Assembly (NCBI GenBank): GCA_000092065.1
Contig: CP000581.1
DNA from: Ostreococcus lucimarinus
Lineage: Eukaryota
DNA: 64,000 bases
Reading direction: 5' to 3' (one strand)
Below, piece after piece: positions 9,941 through 19,754 of the stretch. How positions within the stretch are numbered: the first letter of the stretch is position 1; every line of letters starts with the position of its first letter. The notes under the pieces are model-generated. The model made no database searches. It was not told the DNA's origin and saw nothing but the letters and a program-made list of their open reading frames with translations. The position numbers and the translations under genes are program-made.

Positions 9941-10735
9941 ATGCCGTCCGACGCGATCCGCGACTTGATCGCGGGCTACCGCGATTTTCGCGCCGCGCAC
10001 TTCGACGCGCGCCGGGACGCGCGCGCGCGCGACGGCGGCGCGAGCGGCGCGCGATGCGTGCGGTCGACGCTTCGCGAGCTGTCCGAGCGCGGACAAAACC
10101 CGCGCGCGCTCGTCGTGGCGTGCTGCGACAGCCGCGCGGACCCGGCGATCGTGTTCGACACCGCGCCCGGGGACGTGTTCGTGGTGCGGAACGTCGCGAA
10201 CCTGGTGCCGCCGTACACGGGGGTCGATTTCGGGCACCACGGGACGTGCGCGGCGGTGGAGTACAGCGTCGCGCACCTGGAGGTGCCGCTCATCGTCGTC
10301 ATGGGACACACGCAGTGCGGCGGCGCCGCGGCGGGACTGCGAAAGTACGGTGGCGACCCGAACGGCGATCCCGCGGTGTTCGCGGCGAACGAGGCGACCG
10401 GGGAGGGGTTCATCGGATCGTGGGTCGCGCTCACGAAGACGAGCGTGCGCGAGGTGTGCGAAAAGTACGACCCGGACATTCGCGCGCGAATGCTCGAGCA
10501 CGAGTTGGTGCGAAACAGCGTGAGGAATTTAGCGACGTTTCCGTTCGTGCGGGAGCGAATGGATAAGGGGACGCTGGAGGTGATCGGCGCGGTGTTCAAC
10601 GTCTTCGACGGGACGTTGACAATTTTAGACGCCGAGACGGGCGAGTTCGTCGCGCCGGATATATTCGACGACGACGCCCGCGCGTCGGGCGGCGACGACG
10701 TCGCACCGGATGCGAAGCGCGCGAAAGCGGCGTGA
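9941..10735 (+). CDS. Beta-class carbonic anhydrase.
   Basis: Internal Met of ORF 8852..10735, in frame. Motifs include VVACCDSRADPAIVFDTAPGDVFVVRNVANLV and HTQCGGAAAG, the beta-CA zinc ligands Cys/His/Cys. Confidence 0.8.
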   Translation: MPSDAIRDLIAGYRDFRAAHFDARRDARARDGGASGARCVRSTLRELSERGQNPRALVVACCDSRADPAIVFDTAPGDVFVVRNVANLVPPYTGVDFGHHGTCAAVEYSVAHLEVPLIVVMGHTQCGGAAAGLRKYGGDPNGDPAVFAANEATGEGFIGSWVALTKTSVREVCEKYDPDIRARMLEHELVRNSVRNLATFPFVRERMDKGTLEVIGAVFNVFDGTLTILDAETGEFVAPDIFDDDARASGGDDVAPDAKRAKAA

Positions 10736-10882
10736 CGTGGCGTCCGTCGTCGCGCGCGCGCGCGAGCCGCTGTAAATTACGAATCATTCATTCGCGCGTT
10801 CGCTCGCGTTCGCCGCGCGTCCCGCTCGACCCCTCTCGCCGCACACCGCGCCCCGCGCGCGCGCCCGGGGGCGCCGTTCGCC

Positions 10883-12220
10883 ATGCCGCACGCGCGCGCG
10901 CATCGCGCGCGCGCGTCCGCGTCCGTTCGCGCGTCCTCGCGCGGCGCGCGCTCGACGTCGTCGTCCCGCCGCCGCGCGCCGCGTCGAAAAAGCGCACTTT
11001 TCGCCACGAGTGGATCCGCCGACGCCCGACCGTGGGTCGACGACGTCGAGCGCGCGATCCCCGCGCTGTCGAACGTGCGGTTCGTGATGTGCGCGCCGCA
11101 AGGCCCCGCGAACGTGGGCGCGGCGGCGCGCGTGATGCAAAATTTTGGCATCTACGACTTGGCGCTCGTGGACGTCGGGCCGTTCGTGCTGACGACGACG
11201 ACGCGGAGCGGCGACGCGACGCGAGAAATCTCGGACGAGGCGAGCGAAGGCGAGGGACGCGCGCCCGAACGGGCGAGCGAAGTTCTGGGAAGCGAGGCGC
11301 GGACGACGCCGCTTTGCGAGGAGGCGATGCGGTACGCGTGCGCGGCGGATTGGTTGTTGGCGGACGCCGAGCGATGCGACGACGCGGAGGAGGCGCTGCG
11401 AGGGTGCTCGTTCGTGTTGGCGACGACGGCGAGACCGAGGAGCGGAACACCGCTGATGACGGCGAGGGAGGCGGCGGAGAGAGTGCGCGAGGAGGCGAAA
11501 CGAGGGAAAGTCGCGGTGCTGTTCGGGAACGAGCGCACGGGGTTGACGAACGACGAGTTGAGTTGGGCGCACGCCGCGGTGGCCATTCCGACGGCGGGGG
11601 CGGGTAAGATTTGCCGCAAGAGTTTAAAATATACCGGCGGCACCGGTCCGACGAGCTTAAACTTATCGCACGCGGTCGGCATATTAGCGTACGAAATATT
11701 CATGGCGTGCGGCGGCGAAGCGACGAACGGCGAAATTTTACCGGAGAAGGCAAAGCTCCTCACCGTGGACGAAAAGGTGACGCTGCGAAACGAAATCGTC
11801 GCCGCGCGACGAACGCTCGACGTGTTGCGATCGGACGTCGGCGCATCCACGTCGAGCGCGAGCGCTGACGACGGCGATGGCGAAGACGGCGACGACGAAG
11901 ACGACGAGGAAATCATCGCGCGAGAGGAACGCGCCTTTGAGCGCATCCTCGCGGCGGCGCCCATGCACCGCAGCGACGCCGCCGCGCTCTTCCAGCTTTC
12001 GCGCCGCGTCACCGCCATGGCCAAAGGCGCCGTCGTCGCCCCTCGCGACGGAGAGAATCTGCTCGACGAGACCGTCGTGCAGTGCGTGAGATCCCTCGTC
12101 GACGAAAATCAAGCCGTGACGATTAAATCCGCGCGAAACCGTCTTCGCGCGCGTCTCGGCGTCAGTCTGACCAACCGCGAGATCGCGCGCGCCATCGCGC
12201 GCGCCGCGAGCGACTTGTGA
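10883..12220 (+). CDS. SpoU/TrmH-class RNA 2'-O-methyltransferase (TrmJ-like) with an N-terminal targeting-like extension.
   Basis: Matches TrmJ: VRFVMCAPQGPANVGAAARVMQNFGIYDLALVDV and VLFGNERTGLTNDEL...SLNLSHAVGILAYEI. The Ser/Arg-rich N-terminus suggests an organelle presequence. Confidence 0.6.
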   Translation: MPHARAHRARASASVRASSRGARSTSSSRRRAPRRKSALFATSGSADARPWVDDVERAIPALSNVRFVMCAPQGPANVGAAARVMQNFGIYDLALVDVGPFVLTTTTRSGDATREISDEASEGEGRAPERASEVLGSEARTTPLCEEAMRYACAADWLLADAERCDDAEEALRGCSFVLATTARPRSGTPLMTAREAAERVREEAKRGKVAVLFGNERTGLTNDELSWAHAAVAIPTAGAGKICRKSLKYTGGTGPTSLNLSHAVGILAYEIFMACGGEATNGEILPEKAKLLTVDEKVTLRNEIVAARRTLDVLRSDVGASTSSASADDGDGEDGDDEDDEEIIAREERAFERILAAAPMHRSDAAALFQLSRRVTAMAKGAVVAPRDGENLLDETVVQCVRSLVDENQAVTIKSARNRLRARLGVSLTNREIARAIARAASDL

Positions 12221-12268
12221 AACGAGCCAATCCAGCGTCTCCGCCGTCTGTTCGACTCCCGCGTCGCC

Positions 12269-13486
12269 GTGGACGCCATCGACGTCTCGCGCTTCGCCTC
12301 GCGCCGCTTCGCGTCCCCACTCGCCGCCGCGCGCGCCATGGCCCCCACCGTCATCCTCGACCTCGACGGCACGCTGATCAACACCGAGCAGCTCGTCGAT
12401 GAGATTTGCACCGCCGTCGTCCTCGAGATCGCGCCGCGCCTGTCCCCGTCCGTCGTCCACGACGCCCTCGAGCGCGTGCGAGGGATGCGTCCGCTCGAAG
12501 CGTCGCGCGCGCTGTGCGCCTCGCTCGAGCTCTCGACGCTCGAGCGCGTCACCGGGGAGGCCCTGCTCGAGCGCACGTCACCGCTGCTCGACGCCAGATG
12601 GCGGGAGGTCAGGCTCATGCCGGGCGCGCGGCGTTTGTTGGAACATCTGCGCGCGCGCGGCGTCCCGTTCGGCTTGGCGACGAGCACGCCGGCGACGTAT
12701 TTAAAGGAGAAGATGCGCGGACACGAGGACGTGCTGGCGATGATGGATTGCGTCGTTACGGGATGCATGGTGAATCGAGGGAAACCCGATCCGGAGATAT
12801 TCGTCGCCGCGAGCGCGAAATTGGGCGCGGAGGCGAGCGCGTGCGTGGTTTTGGAGGATACGCCGGTGGGATGCGAAGCGGCGCGGCGTGCGGGGTGTAA
12901 AACGATTGCGATTCCATCGATACGCGATCGGAAGTGCTTCGAAGCGTGGAGCGATGTGGTTCTGCACTCGTTGTACGACTTGGAGTTGGAAAAGTTTGGT
13001 CTGCCGGCGTTCGACGACTGGTTGCCGGTCGGCGACGGGAGCGCGGATCGCGTGTTGCCGGTGCCGACGATCGAGATGCGAGGGCCGGTGGTGAAGGGAT
13101 TCGGTCGGGGATCAACGCAGCTCGGGATTCCGACGGCGAACTTGGACATTGTGCCGTTGAAGCATCAAGTCGACTCGCTCGCGCCGGGCATTTATCTAGG
13201 ATTCGCGTCGATTCGAGGCGAGACGCACAAGATGGTGATGAGCATAGGATGGAATCCGTACTTTGACAACTCGAAGAAGACGATCGAGCCGTGGCTCCTG
13301 CATGAATTCGAAAGTGACTTTTACGGAGAAGAGCTCAGTCTCGTTGTCGTGGGGTACATTCGCCCTGAGGCTGATTTCACGACGCTAGAGGCGCTCGTTG
13401 AGCGCATTCATCGCGACGCTGAAGTCGCTCGCGTCGTGCTCGAACGGGAGCCTTTCGTGGGGAAGCGGCAGATGTTGATGCCTTGA
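12269..13486 (+). CDS. Bifunctional HAD-type FMN hydrolase / riboflavin kinase (plant FHy-RFK architecture).
   Basis: N-terminal HAD motif VILDLDGTLINTE...GKPDPEIF. C-terminal riboflavin kinase motif GFGRGSTQLGIPTANL...MSIGWNPYF...EPWLLHEF. Confidence 0.75.
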   Translation: MDAIDVSRFASRRFASPLAAARAMAPTVILDLDGTLINTEQLVDEICTAVVLEIAPRLSPSVVHDALERVRGMRPLEASRALCASLELSTLERVTGEALLERTSPLLDARWREVRLMPGARRLLEHLRARGVPFGLATSTPATYLKEKMRGHEDVLAMMDCVVTGCMVNRGKPDPEIFVAASAKLGAEASACVVLEDTPVGCEAARRAGCKTIAIPSIRDRKCFEAWSDVVLHSLYDLELEKFGLPAFDDWLPVGDGSADRVLPVPTIEMRGPVVKGFGRGSTQLGIPTANLDIVPLKHQVDSLAPGIYLGFASIRGETHKMVMSIGWNPYFDNSKKTIEPWLLHEFESDFYGEELSLVVVGYIRPEADFTTLEALVERIHRDAEVARVVLEREPFVGKRQMLMP

Positions 13487-13518
13487 TTTCATTGTACAGA
13501 TACTAATGTTACAGATAG

Positions 13519-14751
13519 CTAGGTTTGCGTTTGTGTCCCCCGCGCTTTGACTTGTGCCACGGATTTGCGCACGAAATGCAACGCGCTCGAAGCGAAGTCG
13601 ATGGCGCGTTCGTGCGCGTGCATGCCTCCGCCCTCGTCTAGCGGCTTCGGTGCACGCGCCGCGCGCAATTGCGCTGAAATAGCGGCGGCGTGCTCTGCGT
13701 CGTGTGCGTCCGCGGCCGCCTTCGCGCGCTTGTACTCGACGTTATTGGTGCTTGCCTCGAGTGGTTCGCGCAGAGACGGCAACACGCTCGCGTCGTAATC
13801 CTTCGCTCCGCCTTCCAAAAACAATCGATACGCCTCACCGTCGCGACTCTGCACTTCGAGCGCGAGCAGCGGTATTCCATACATTCCACCCCACTTGCGC
13901 GCGCCCAAGCTGACGACGCCGCGCTTGCGCGTGCCTCGTAATTCAAACGCGACGTGCGCCCATTTCGAGTCCACGCTCACGGGAAGCGTGACGGCGCCAA
14001 AAACTCTAGAAGTCGTGCGCTTAAACAGCGCGAGACCTCCACCTGAAGTGACGATAACGCGCGATTCTCCCAAAGTCACCGGTCCACCGAGCAGCTCGCG
14101 CACGCCCGAGTGCGCTTCGAGCCTGCGCATCGCGAGCGTCACCGCGTAATCGACGTCCAAACGCCACCGTTGCCGCAACGCGAACGCCCCGACGCCCGCG
14201 AGTAACATCGACCCACCGAGCATCGACGGATCGCCAAACGCCACGTCAAACACCGCACTATCGCACGGCACGCCCATGACATCGCTCTTAAACGCCCGCG
14301 CCGCGCGCCACGTCGCCGTCCCGCACGCCGCCGCGCTCGCCGCCTCCAAACTCCGCCAATGCCTCGCGATCGCGCTCAGCGCCCGCTGTTCCACCGCTCG
14401 CTTCACGACGCCGGGATTCATCGACGACGCCGTCCACAAATACTCGCTCGCCCGTTTCCCGAGCACCCGATCCGTGGCGTCGCGCGCTCGTCGAGTCGCG
14501 TTCGCGCTCGCGCGCTCCGCCGCCGCGCGCGCCGATTCCATCGTTTTCGACGCCGCCTCCCGCGCGCGCCCGCGCGCGTCGCTCAAAACCTTCCCGTACG
14601 TCGCGGCGTCGCCCGAGGCGTACGCGCGCGACTCCCCGCGCGCGTGCGCCCCGCGCGCGCGCGCAGCTGTCAAAAGATTTGAAATCATCGCCGAGCTCTC
14701 TCGCGCGCGCGTCGCCCGCGTCGCCGCGGCGCGCGCGATGTCGGCGCGCAT
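13519..14751 (-). CDS. Hypothetical single-pass membrane protein; possible Tim21-like domain.
   Basis: Presequence-like N-terminus and one TM (GGSMLLAGVGAFALRQRW). The following domain, LGGPVTLGE...HVAFELRGTRKRGVVSLGARKWGG...YRLFLEGG, loosely matches the Tim21 intermembrane-space domain pattern. Family assignment is tentative. Confidence 0.35.
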   Translation of the reverse strand: MRADIARAAATRATRARESSAMISNLLTAARARGAHARGESRAYASGDAATYGKVLSDARGRAREAASKTMESARAAAERASANATRRARDATDRVLGKRASEYLWTASSMNPGVVKRAVEQRALSAIARHWRSLEAASAAACGTATWRAARAFKSDVMGVPCDSAVFDVAFGDPSMLGGSMLLAGVGAFALRQRWRLDVDYAVTLAMRRLEAHSGVRELLGGPVTLGESRVIVTSGGGLALFKRTTSRVFGAVTLPVSVDSKWAHVAFELRGTRKRGVVSLGARKWGGMYGIPLLALEVQSRDGEAYRLFLEGGAKDYDASVLPSLREPLEASTNNVEYKRAKAAADAHDAEHAAAISAQLRAARAPKPLDEGGGMHAHERAIDFASSALHFVRKSVAQVKARGTQTQT

Positions 14752-14885
14752 CGCGCGTTTTCGCGCCCTCGCGCGGTTCGCCCACGCGTCGCGCGCCCCG
14801 CGCGCCGTGCTGTGCGGCGCTGCGCGATCGTCATCGCGCGGTCGATCGCCATTCGGCCGCGCGCGGCGCCGCCCTCGCGCGCGCG

Positions 14886-17534
14886 ATGTCGCACGACCCG
14901 CACGCGCTTCCCAATCGCGAGCGCGCGCTGTTCACCGCCGTCGTCGACGCGTACGAGACGAAAAAGTACGCCGAGGGCGTCGCGGCGGCGGATGCCATCC
15001 TGAAGAAATTTCCCGAGCACGGCGAAACGCTGGCGATGAAGGGGCTGATCGTGCGCTCGATGGACGAGGGACACGAGCGCCACGACGAGGCGCACGCGCT
15101 GTGCGCGCGAGGGATCGAGTGCCACCCGGGATCGCACGTGTGCTGGCACGTGCTCGGGTTGGTGCACCGAGCGGAGCGGAACCACGCGGAGAGCGCGAAG
15201 TGCTACGCGCAAGCGCTGAAGATCGATCCCGAGAACTCGCTGGTGATGAAGGATTTGTCGCTGGTGTACGCGCAGACGAGAAACGTGAAGGCGTTCGTGG
15301 AGCTGAGATGGAAGATTTTGTCGAGGAAGCGCGATCAGCGAATGTCGTACGTGGCGTTGGCGTGCGGGTTACATTTGATGGGGGAGCACGAGAACGCGTA
15401 TGAGGTGTTGGACAGTTACGAGAAGATACGAAGAGGGGCGAATATCGATCACCGCGGGGCGTGGAGGGATGAAGATCCCTTGATGAAGCGATTCGACGCG
15501 AGCGAGCTCGCGTTGTTCAAGGCGAAGCTGAAGCGCGCGGCGGGGAAGGAAAAAGACGCCTTGGCACTGTTAGAGCGCGGTGAGGAGACGATCGTGGACA
15601 AAGTGGCATATCTGACGTTTAAGGGCGAGGTGCAAGTCGCGCTCGGCATGAACGCTGCGGCTGAGGAGACGTATTGGAAGTTGCTCGAACGTTTGCCTGA
15701 CAGTTACGATTATCACGAGGCCCTGCGCGTCGTCAAGGGGCTTCCCGAGAAGGTGCACGACGGCGCGAAGGAGATTTCAGACGATGATATCGCAAAGTTG
15801 AAATCGCTTTACGAAGAAATCGGTTCGAAGTTGCAGTACTGCGCCGCGGCGAAGCGTTTGCCCTTATCGTTCACCAAAGCGGGCGAAGAGTTTAAGAAGC
15901 TCATCGTGACATACGTGGAAAAACCACTTCGTAAAGGCGTGCCGAGCTTGTTTGAGGATTTGAGGAATTTGTACGAAAATTCGGCGAAAGCGACACTGTT
16001 GGAAGACATTTTTACTGACACCGTGCGCTCGCTCAAGGAAAGTGGCAAGTTTTTATCCGGCGGTGCGACAAAGTCCGAGGACGAAAAGAAGGAATGCGTC
16101 ATGTACGCGGTCAACCTGCTCGCCATGCATTACGACGAGATGGGGCGTAGATCAAGCGACGGTGGCGCCAAAGAGTTCGCCAAGGCGATCGAGTGCATCG
16201 ACGAAGCGATCGCATCGAACGACTCGTGCGTGGAGTTGTACTTGAACAAGGCGACAATTCTCGAGCACGCAGGCGATTTGCAAGGCGCCGCGAACGCCGC
16301 GGAAACCTCTCGCAAACTCGATCTCGCCGATAGGTACTTGAACTCTAACTGTGTGCGACACATGTTGCGTGCCGGGCGTTACGCTTACGCGGAACAGCTC
16401 GCAGCCATGTTTGCGCGTGATGGCGATCAGGCGACGAATTCGTTCGACATGGAGGCGACGTGGTTCGAGCTCGAGGCGGCCAAGTGCCACATCAGAGGGA
16501 AGAAGTACGGGCGTGCGTTAAAATATTACCACGCAGTGCTCACGCATTTTGACCAGTTTATCGAAGATGAATTCGACTTTCACGGGTACTGTTTGCGACG
16601 AACGTCCATTAGCGCGTACTTGGACTTGTTACGAGCGGAGGATCGCATGTTCGCGAGACCGGAATTCCGCGAAGCGGCGCGGGGCGCGATCACACTTTAC
16701 GTCAACCTGTTCGACGAGCCACCGGCTAAGAAAGTGGCTGATTTAGAAGCAAAGCTCGCTGCCATGTCATCTGACGACGCCGCGAAATTCCGCGAGCACA
16801 TGCGCGTCGAGAGAGAACGCGAGGAAGCGGCGGAGAAGGCGCGCCTCGAGGCGTTGGAGGAGCAAAAGAAGATAGCCGCGGCGCAGGAAAGCAAGAACAA
16901 AAGCCCCAAGGACACCCCGCAGAAGGTTGATCCAGACCCTGTCGGTGAGGCTTTGGAAAACACCAATCAGCCGCTCGAACAAGCGATGAAATTCGTCGAA
17001 CCGCTGTTGAAGCACGCCGCTGATTACGAGGAGACGCAGCTTCTCGCGTTCGAAGTATTCATTCGTCAAGGCAAACCGATACTGGCGCTCAAAACGGTAA
17101 ATGAGGCATTAAAGATCGCCCCCAGCAGCTTCAGAGCGAAACGTAATATCGTTCGGCTGGCGCGTTCGGTCGAGAAGATGGACGAGTCGAATGCGATGAA
17201 GAAGATTTTGACGATGCAAGTCGGGAAATTGATGGGCGATAAAACGGCTTCTGAGTTCGCAGCTTCGATGTCGTTCGAAGAAGCGTCGCACCCGGTCGAC
17301 ATCGCGGCCGTTGCTTTCGCTAAGCGCGAGGTTGGCGATGACTCCGCCTTGGTTGAAGGCGCCAAGGCGACCAAGATGGGTGCAGAGTTCTCACTTGATG
17401 ATTACTTGAACGCTTTGGACACGTACGCCGACGCGAGTGAAGCCGCCGCTGAAGCGCTCACGAAAACGTGCGCTCAAGCGTTCCCGTACGCGACGTGTTT
17501 TGGTGGGGCCAAGTGCACCGCGCGCGAAAACTAG
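14886..17534 (+). CDS. NAA15: N-alpha-acetyltransferase 15, NatA auxiliary subunit (TPR protein).
   Basis: In-frame internal Met of ORF 14679..17534. Strongly similar to NAA15: FPEHGETLAMKGLIV...HVCWHVLGLVHRAERNHAESAKCYAQALKIDPENSLVMKDLSLVYAQTRN. Confidence 0.8.
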   Translation: MSHDPHALPNRERALFTAVVDAYETKKYAEGVAAADAILKKFPEHGETLAMKGLIVRSMDEGHERHDEAHALCARGIECHPGSHVCWHVLGLVHRAERNHAESAKCYAQALKIDPENSLVMKDLSLVYAQTRNVKAFVELRWKILSRKRDQRMSYVALACGLHLMGEHENAYEVLDSYEKIRRGANIDHRGAWRDEDPLMKRFDASELALFKAKLKRAAGKEKDALALLERGEETIVDKVAYLTFKGEVQVALGMNAAAEETYWKLLERLPDSYDYHEALRVVKGLPEKVHDGAKEISDDDIAKLKSLYEEIGSKLQYCAAAKRLPLSFTKAGEEFKKLIVTYVEKPLRKGVPSLFEDLRNLYENSAKATLLEDIFTDTVRSLKESGKFLSGGATKSEDEKKECVMYAVNLLAMHYDEMGRRSSDGGAKEFAKAIECIDEAIASNDSCVELYLNKATILEHAGDLQGAANAAETSRKLDLADRYLNSNCVRHMLRAGRYAYAEQLAAMFARDGDQATNSFDMEATWFELEAAKCHIRGKKYGRALKYYHAVLTHFDQFIEDEFDFHGYCLRRTSISAYLDLLRAEDRMFARPEFREAARGAITLYVNLFDEPPAKKVADLEAKLAAMSSDDAAKFREHMRVEREREEAAEKARLEALEEQKKIAAAQESKNKSPKDTPQKVDPDPVGEALENTNQPLEQAMKFVEPLLKHAADYEETQLLAFEVFIRQGKPILALKTVNEALKIAPSSFRAKRNIVRLARSVEKMDESNAMKKILTMQVGKLMGDKTASEFAASMSFEEASHPVDIAAVAFAKREVGDDSALVEGAKATKMGAEFSLDDYLNALDTYADASEAAAEALTKTCAQAFPYATCFGGAKCTAREN

Positions 17535-17614
17535 AGCGCGCATAGTAGACTGCGATTCTGTGAAACACAATATTCTTACAATTCTCTCCGCGGTGCTGGT
17601 CGCGACTCGCGGAA

Positions 17615-18396
17615 TCACGTCCCCTTCAGCGTCTCGAGACGGTTCGCTAAATCCGCTTCCGCTTGTTTCGCCGCTGGAATCGTCGTCCCTGCCGCGGGTA
17701 AATCACTCGCAAACTCCAACCCGTGCTCATCCGCGATTTGCTGCATCAGCAACGCCACGTCCTCCGGCGGCGTCGACAACGCCGACGTGTTCCCCATCGC
17801 CTGCTCCACGAATTCCGTCTGAACGTCCAAATTCTCGAACTGTTTCTCGAATTCATCCATCGTCTCCGAAACCTTCTCCAAATTGTTTGTGTTCAAGCTC
17901 TTCTCCAACGATTTCACGATGCCAGACATGTCTGCGTTGACCGCGTTCATCTTCGCCTGCGTCTCCAAACGCGCCACCACGCCGTCCAATCGACTCGCCA
18001 ACCGCAGCATATTCAACCCCTCGTTCTTCTTGCGTATCGCATCTTGCGCGTGTATTTTCGCCCCATCGATATTTCCGCGCTCGATCGCGCGCTTCACCTG
18101 CGAGCGTCGTCGATTCGCCGCGCGTCTCGTCGTCAGTTGCGCGTTCTCCGCCACCTGGCTCGTTCGCGTCCCGTCACCCGCCGCGCGCGGCGTCCAACGC
18201 GCGCGCGGCGTCCGCGCGTCGACCGCGAGCGTCGCGGCGTTAAAACGCGCACCTTTGATTTGTTCGCGCGCTCCTCGGCCTCGCACTTCTTCGCCGCGCG
18301 CGCGAGTGATTTCGCGGTGAATTTCAGATTGAAAATTTGATCTTGCAGCTTGGCGTCCGCGCTGCCGCGACCGAACAGGTTCGAAAGCAGACCCAT
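17615..18396 (-). CDS. CHMP1: Charged multivesicular body protein 1 (ESCRT-III, Snf7 family). Two exons: 18396..18253 and 18097..17615.
   Basis: Exon 1 (ORF 18133..18396) reads MGLLSNLFGRGSADAKLQDQIFNLKFTAKSLARAAKKCEAEERANKSK. Exon 2 reads VKRAIERGNIDGAKIHAQDAIRKKNEGLNMLRL...LEKVSETMDEFEKQFENLDVQTEFVEQAM. The combined sequence matches CHMP1/Did2 end to end. Confidence 0.8.
18098..18252 (-). other. Spliceosomal intron of CHMP1 (155 nt).
   Basis: Donor AAG|GTGCGCGTTTTAACGCCGCG, branch-like CAACTGACGACGAG 31 nt upstream of acceptor CTCGCAG|GTG. Without splicing, exon 1 reads through into non-homologous sequence. Confidence 0.7.
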
Positions 18397-18586
18397 GGCG
18401 CGGAGTCGCGCTTTGTTCGTTTCGTGCGCGCGCGCGTGCGGAAACGACGGAGACGCCGAGGTGGGTTTTGAGGACTGAGACGAGAGCGAGGCAACTGTCG
18501 GCGGACGCGACGGCGCCGGCGAGGACAGCTGAGCGTTGAACAGCGTGAATGAATTAAAATAAATGAGTGCGCGCGTCCTAGTTCAA

Positions 18587-19558
18587 CTACACGGACCAGA
18601 CCGCGCCGGTGAGCTTCACAGAGTCCTTCCACAGACGCGCCCATGCTTCGGCGTCGTACGCGCGCTCGTTGGCGCGTTTCGGCTCGTGCACCCCCGGCTT
18701 GCCGTCGTCGCTCAGCTCGCTCACGTACACGCCGCTCACGCCACGGTACTTCTCGTCCATGGCTAACGCGATCTGGCCGCGCGCGCCTTGCTCCGGAGTG
18801 ATGAGTTTGCCCGCGGCTTTTAACTGCGGATAAAAGTCGAGCGAAAGCGAACGATTCAACTCTGTGTCGACGACGCCAGGATGCACGGCGTTCACGGCGA
18901 CGTTCGTCACCCCTTTGGCTTTCAATCGACGATCGAGCTCAAACGTGAACATGATGTTGGCCATCTTCGTGCGCCCGTACGTGGCCCATCCTAGAAAAGG
19001 ATACCCGAAGACTCCCTCCGAGTTGACGTTGTGGAAATCGAGCGTGCCAAAGTTGTGCGCGATGCTCGACAGATTCACGATGCGCTTATCGTCCGACGGC
19101 GTGTTCACCATCGTGTCGAGCAGCAGCGACGTCAGCAAAAAGTGCCCCAGATGATTCACTTGCATCTGCAATTCGTTCCCGTCCTTCGTCTCGCTTCGCG
19201 ACGGCGGCGCCATGACGCCCGAGTTATTCACCAGCGCGTCCAATCGATCGTACTTCGCCTCGAACGCCCTCGCGAACGCGCGCACCGATTCAAAATCCGC
19301 CAAATCCACGAGCATGACGTCCACCTTCGCCTCCGGCACCGCCGCGAGCACGCGCGTCTTCGCCCGCTCGCCTCGCGCTTCGTCCCGCACCGCCGCGACG
19401 ACCCGTCGTCCAGCCTTCGCCGCCGCCTTCGCCGTCTCGTACCCGAGTCCGGTGTTCGCGCCCGTGATCACCACCACCTCGTCCCCGCGCGCGCCGCGCG
19501 TCGTCGCCGCACGTCGCTTCGTCACCGTCGTCGTCGCGCGACGCTCGCGCGACGTCAT
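18587..19558 (-). CDS. Short-chain dehydrogenase/reductase (retinol dehydrogenase / WWOX-like). Start taken at Met 214 of ORF 18587..20197; it could lie further 5'.
   Basis: The Rossmann motif VVITGANTGLGYETAKAAAKAG, NNSG and the catalytic YGRTK are all present. Upstream of Met 214 the ORF is Ala/Arg/Thr-rich low complexity. Confidence 0.6.
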   Translation of the reverse strand: MTSRERRATTTVTKRRAATTRGARGDEVVVITGANTGLGYETAKAAAKAGRRVVAAVRDEARGERAKTRVLAAVPEAKVDVMLVDLADFESVRAFARAFEAKYDRLDALVNNSGVMAPPSRSETKDGNELQMQVNHLGHFLLTSLLLDTMVNTPSDDKRIVNLSSIAHNFGTLDFHNVNSEGVFGYPFLGWATYGRTKMANIMFTFELDRRLKAKGVTNVAVNAVHPGVVDTELNRSLSLDFYPQLKAAGKLITPEQGARGQIALAMDEKYRGVSGVYVSELSDDGKPGVHEPKRANERAYDAEAWARLWKDSVKLTGAVWSV

Positions 19559-19655
19559 CGTCGTCGTCTTTCCATCCTTCGCTCCCGTCGCGCGCGTCGC
19601 GCGCGTCGCGCGCCGCGTCGGCGTCGCGCGCGCCGCGCATCGCGCGCGCATCGCT

Positions 19656-19687
<32 letters not shown>

Positions 19688-19754
19688 TGTGCTTTCGCCG
19701 CGTCGCGTCGCGTCGTCGCCGTGACGCTTTTTCGTCACATCGCGCCGCGCCGCG
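19559..19754. promoter_or_regulatory. Head-to-head intergenic region between the SDR gene (minus) and WDR83 (plus); candidate bidirectional promoter.
   Basis: About 195 nt separate the divergent start codons. Confidence 0.3.
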
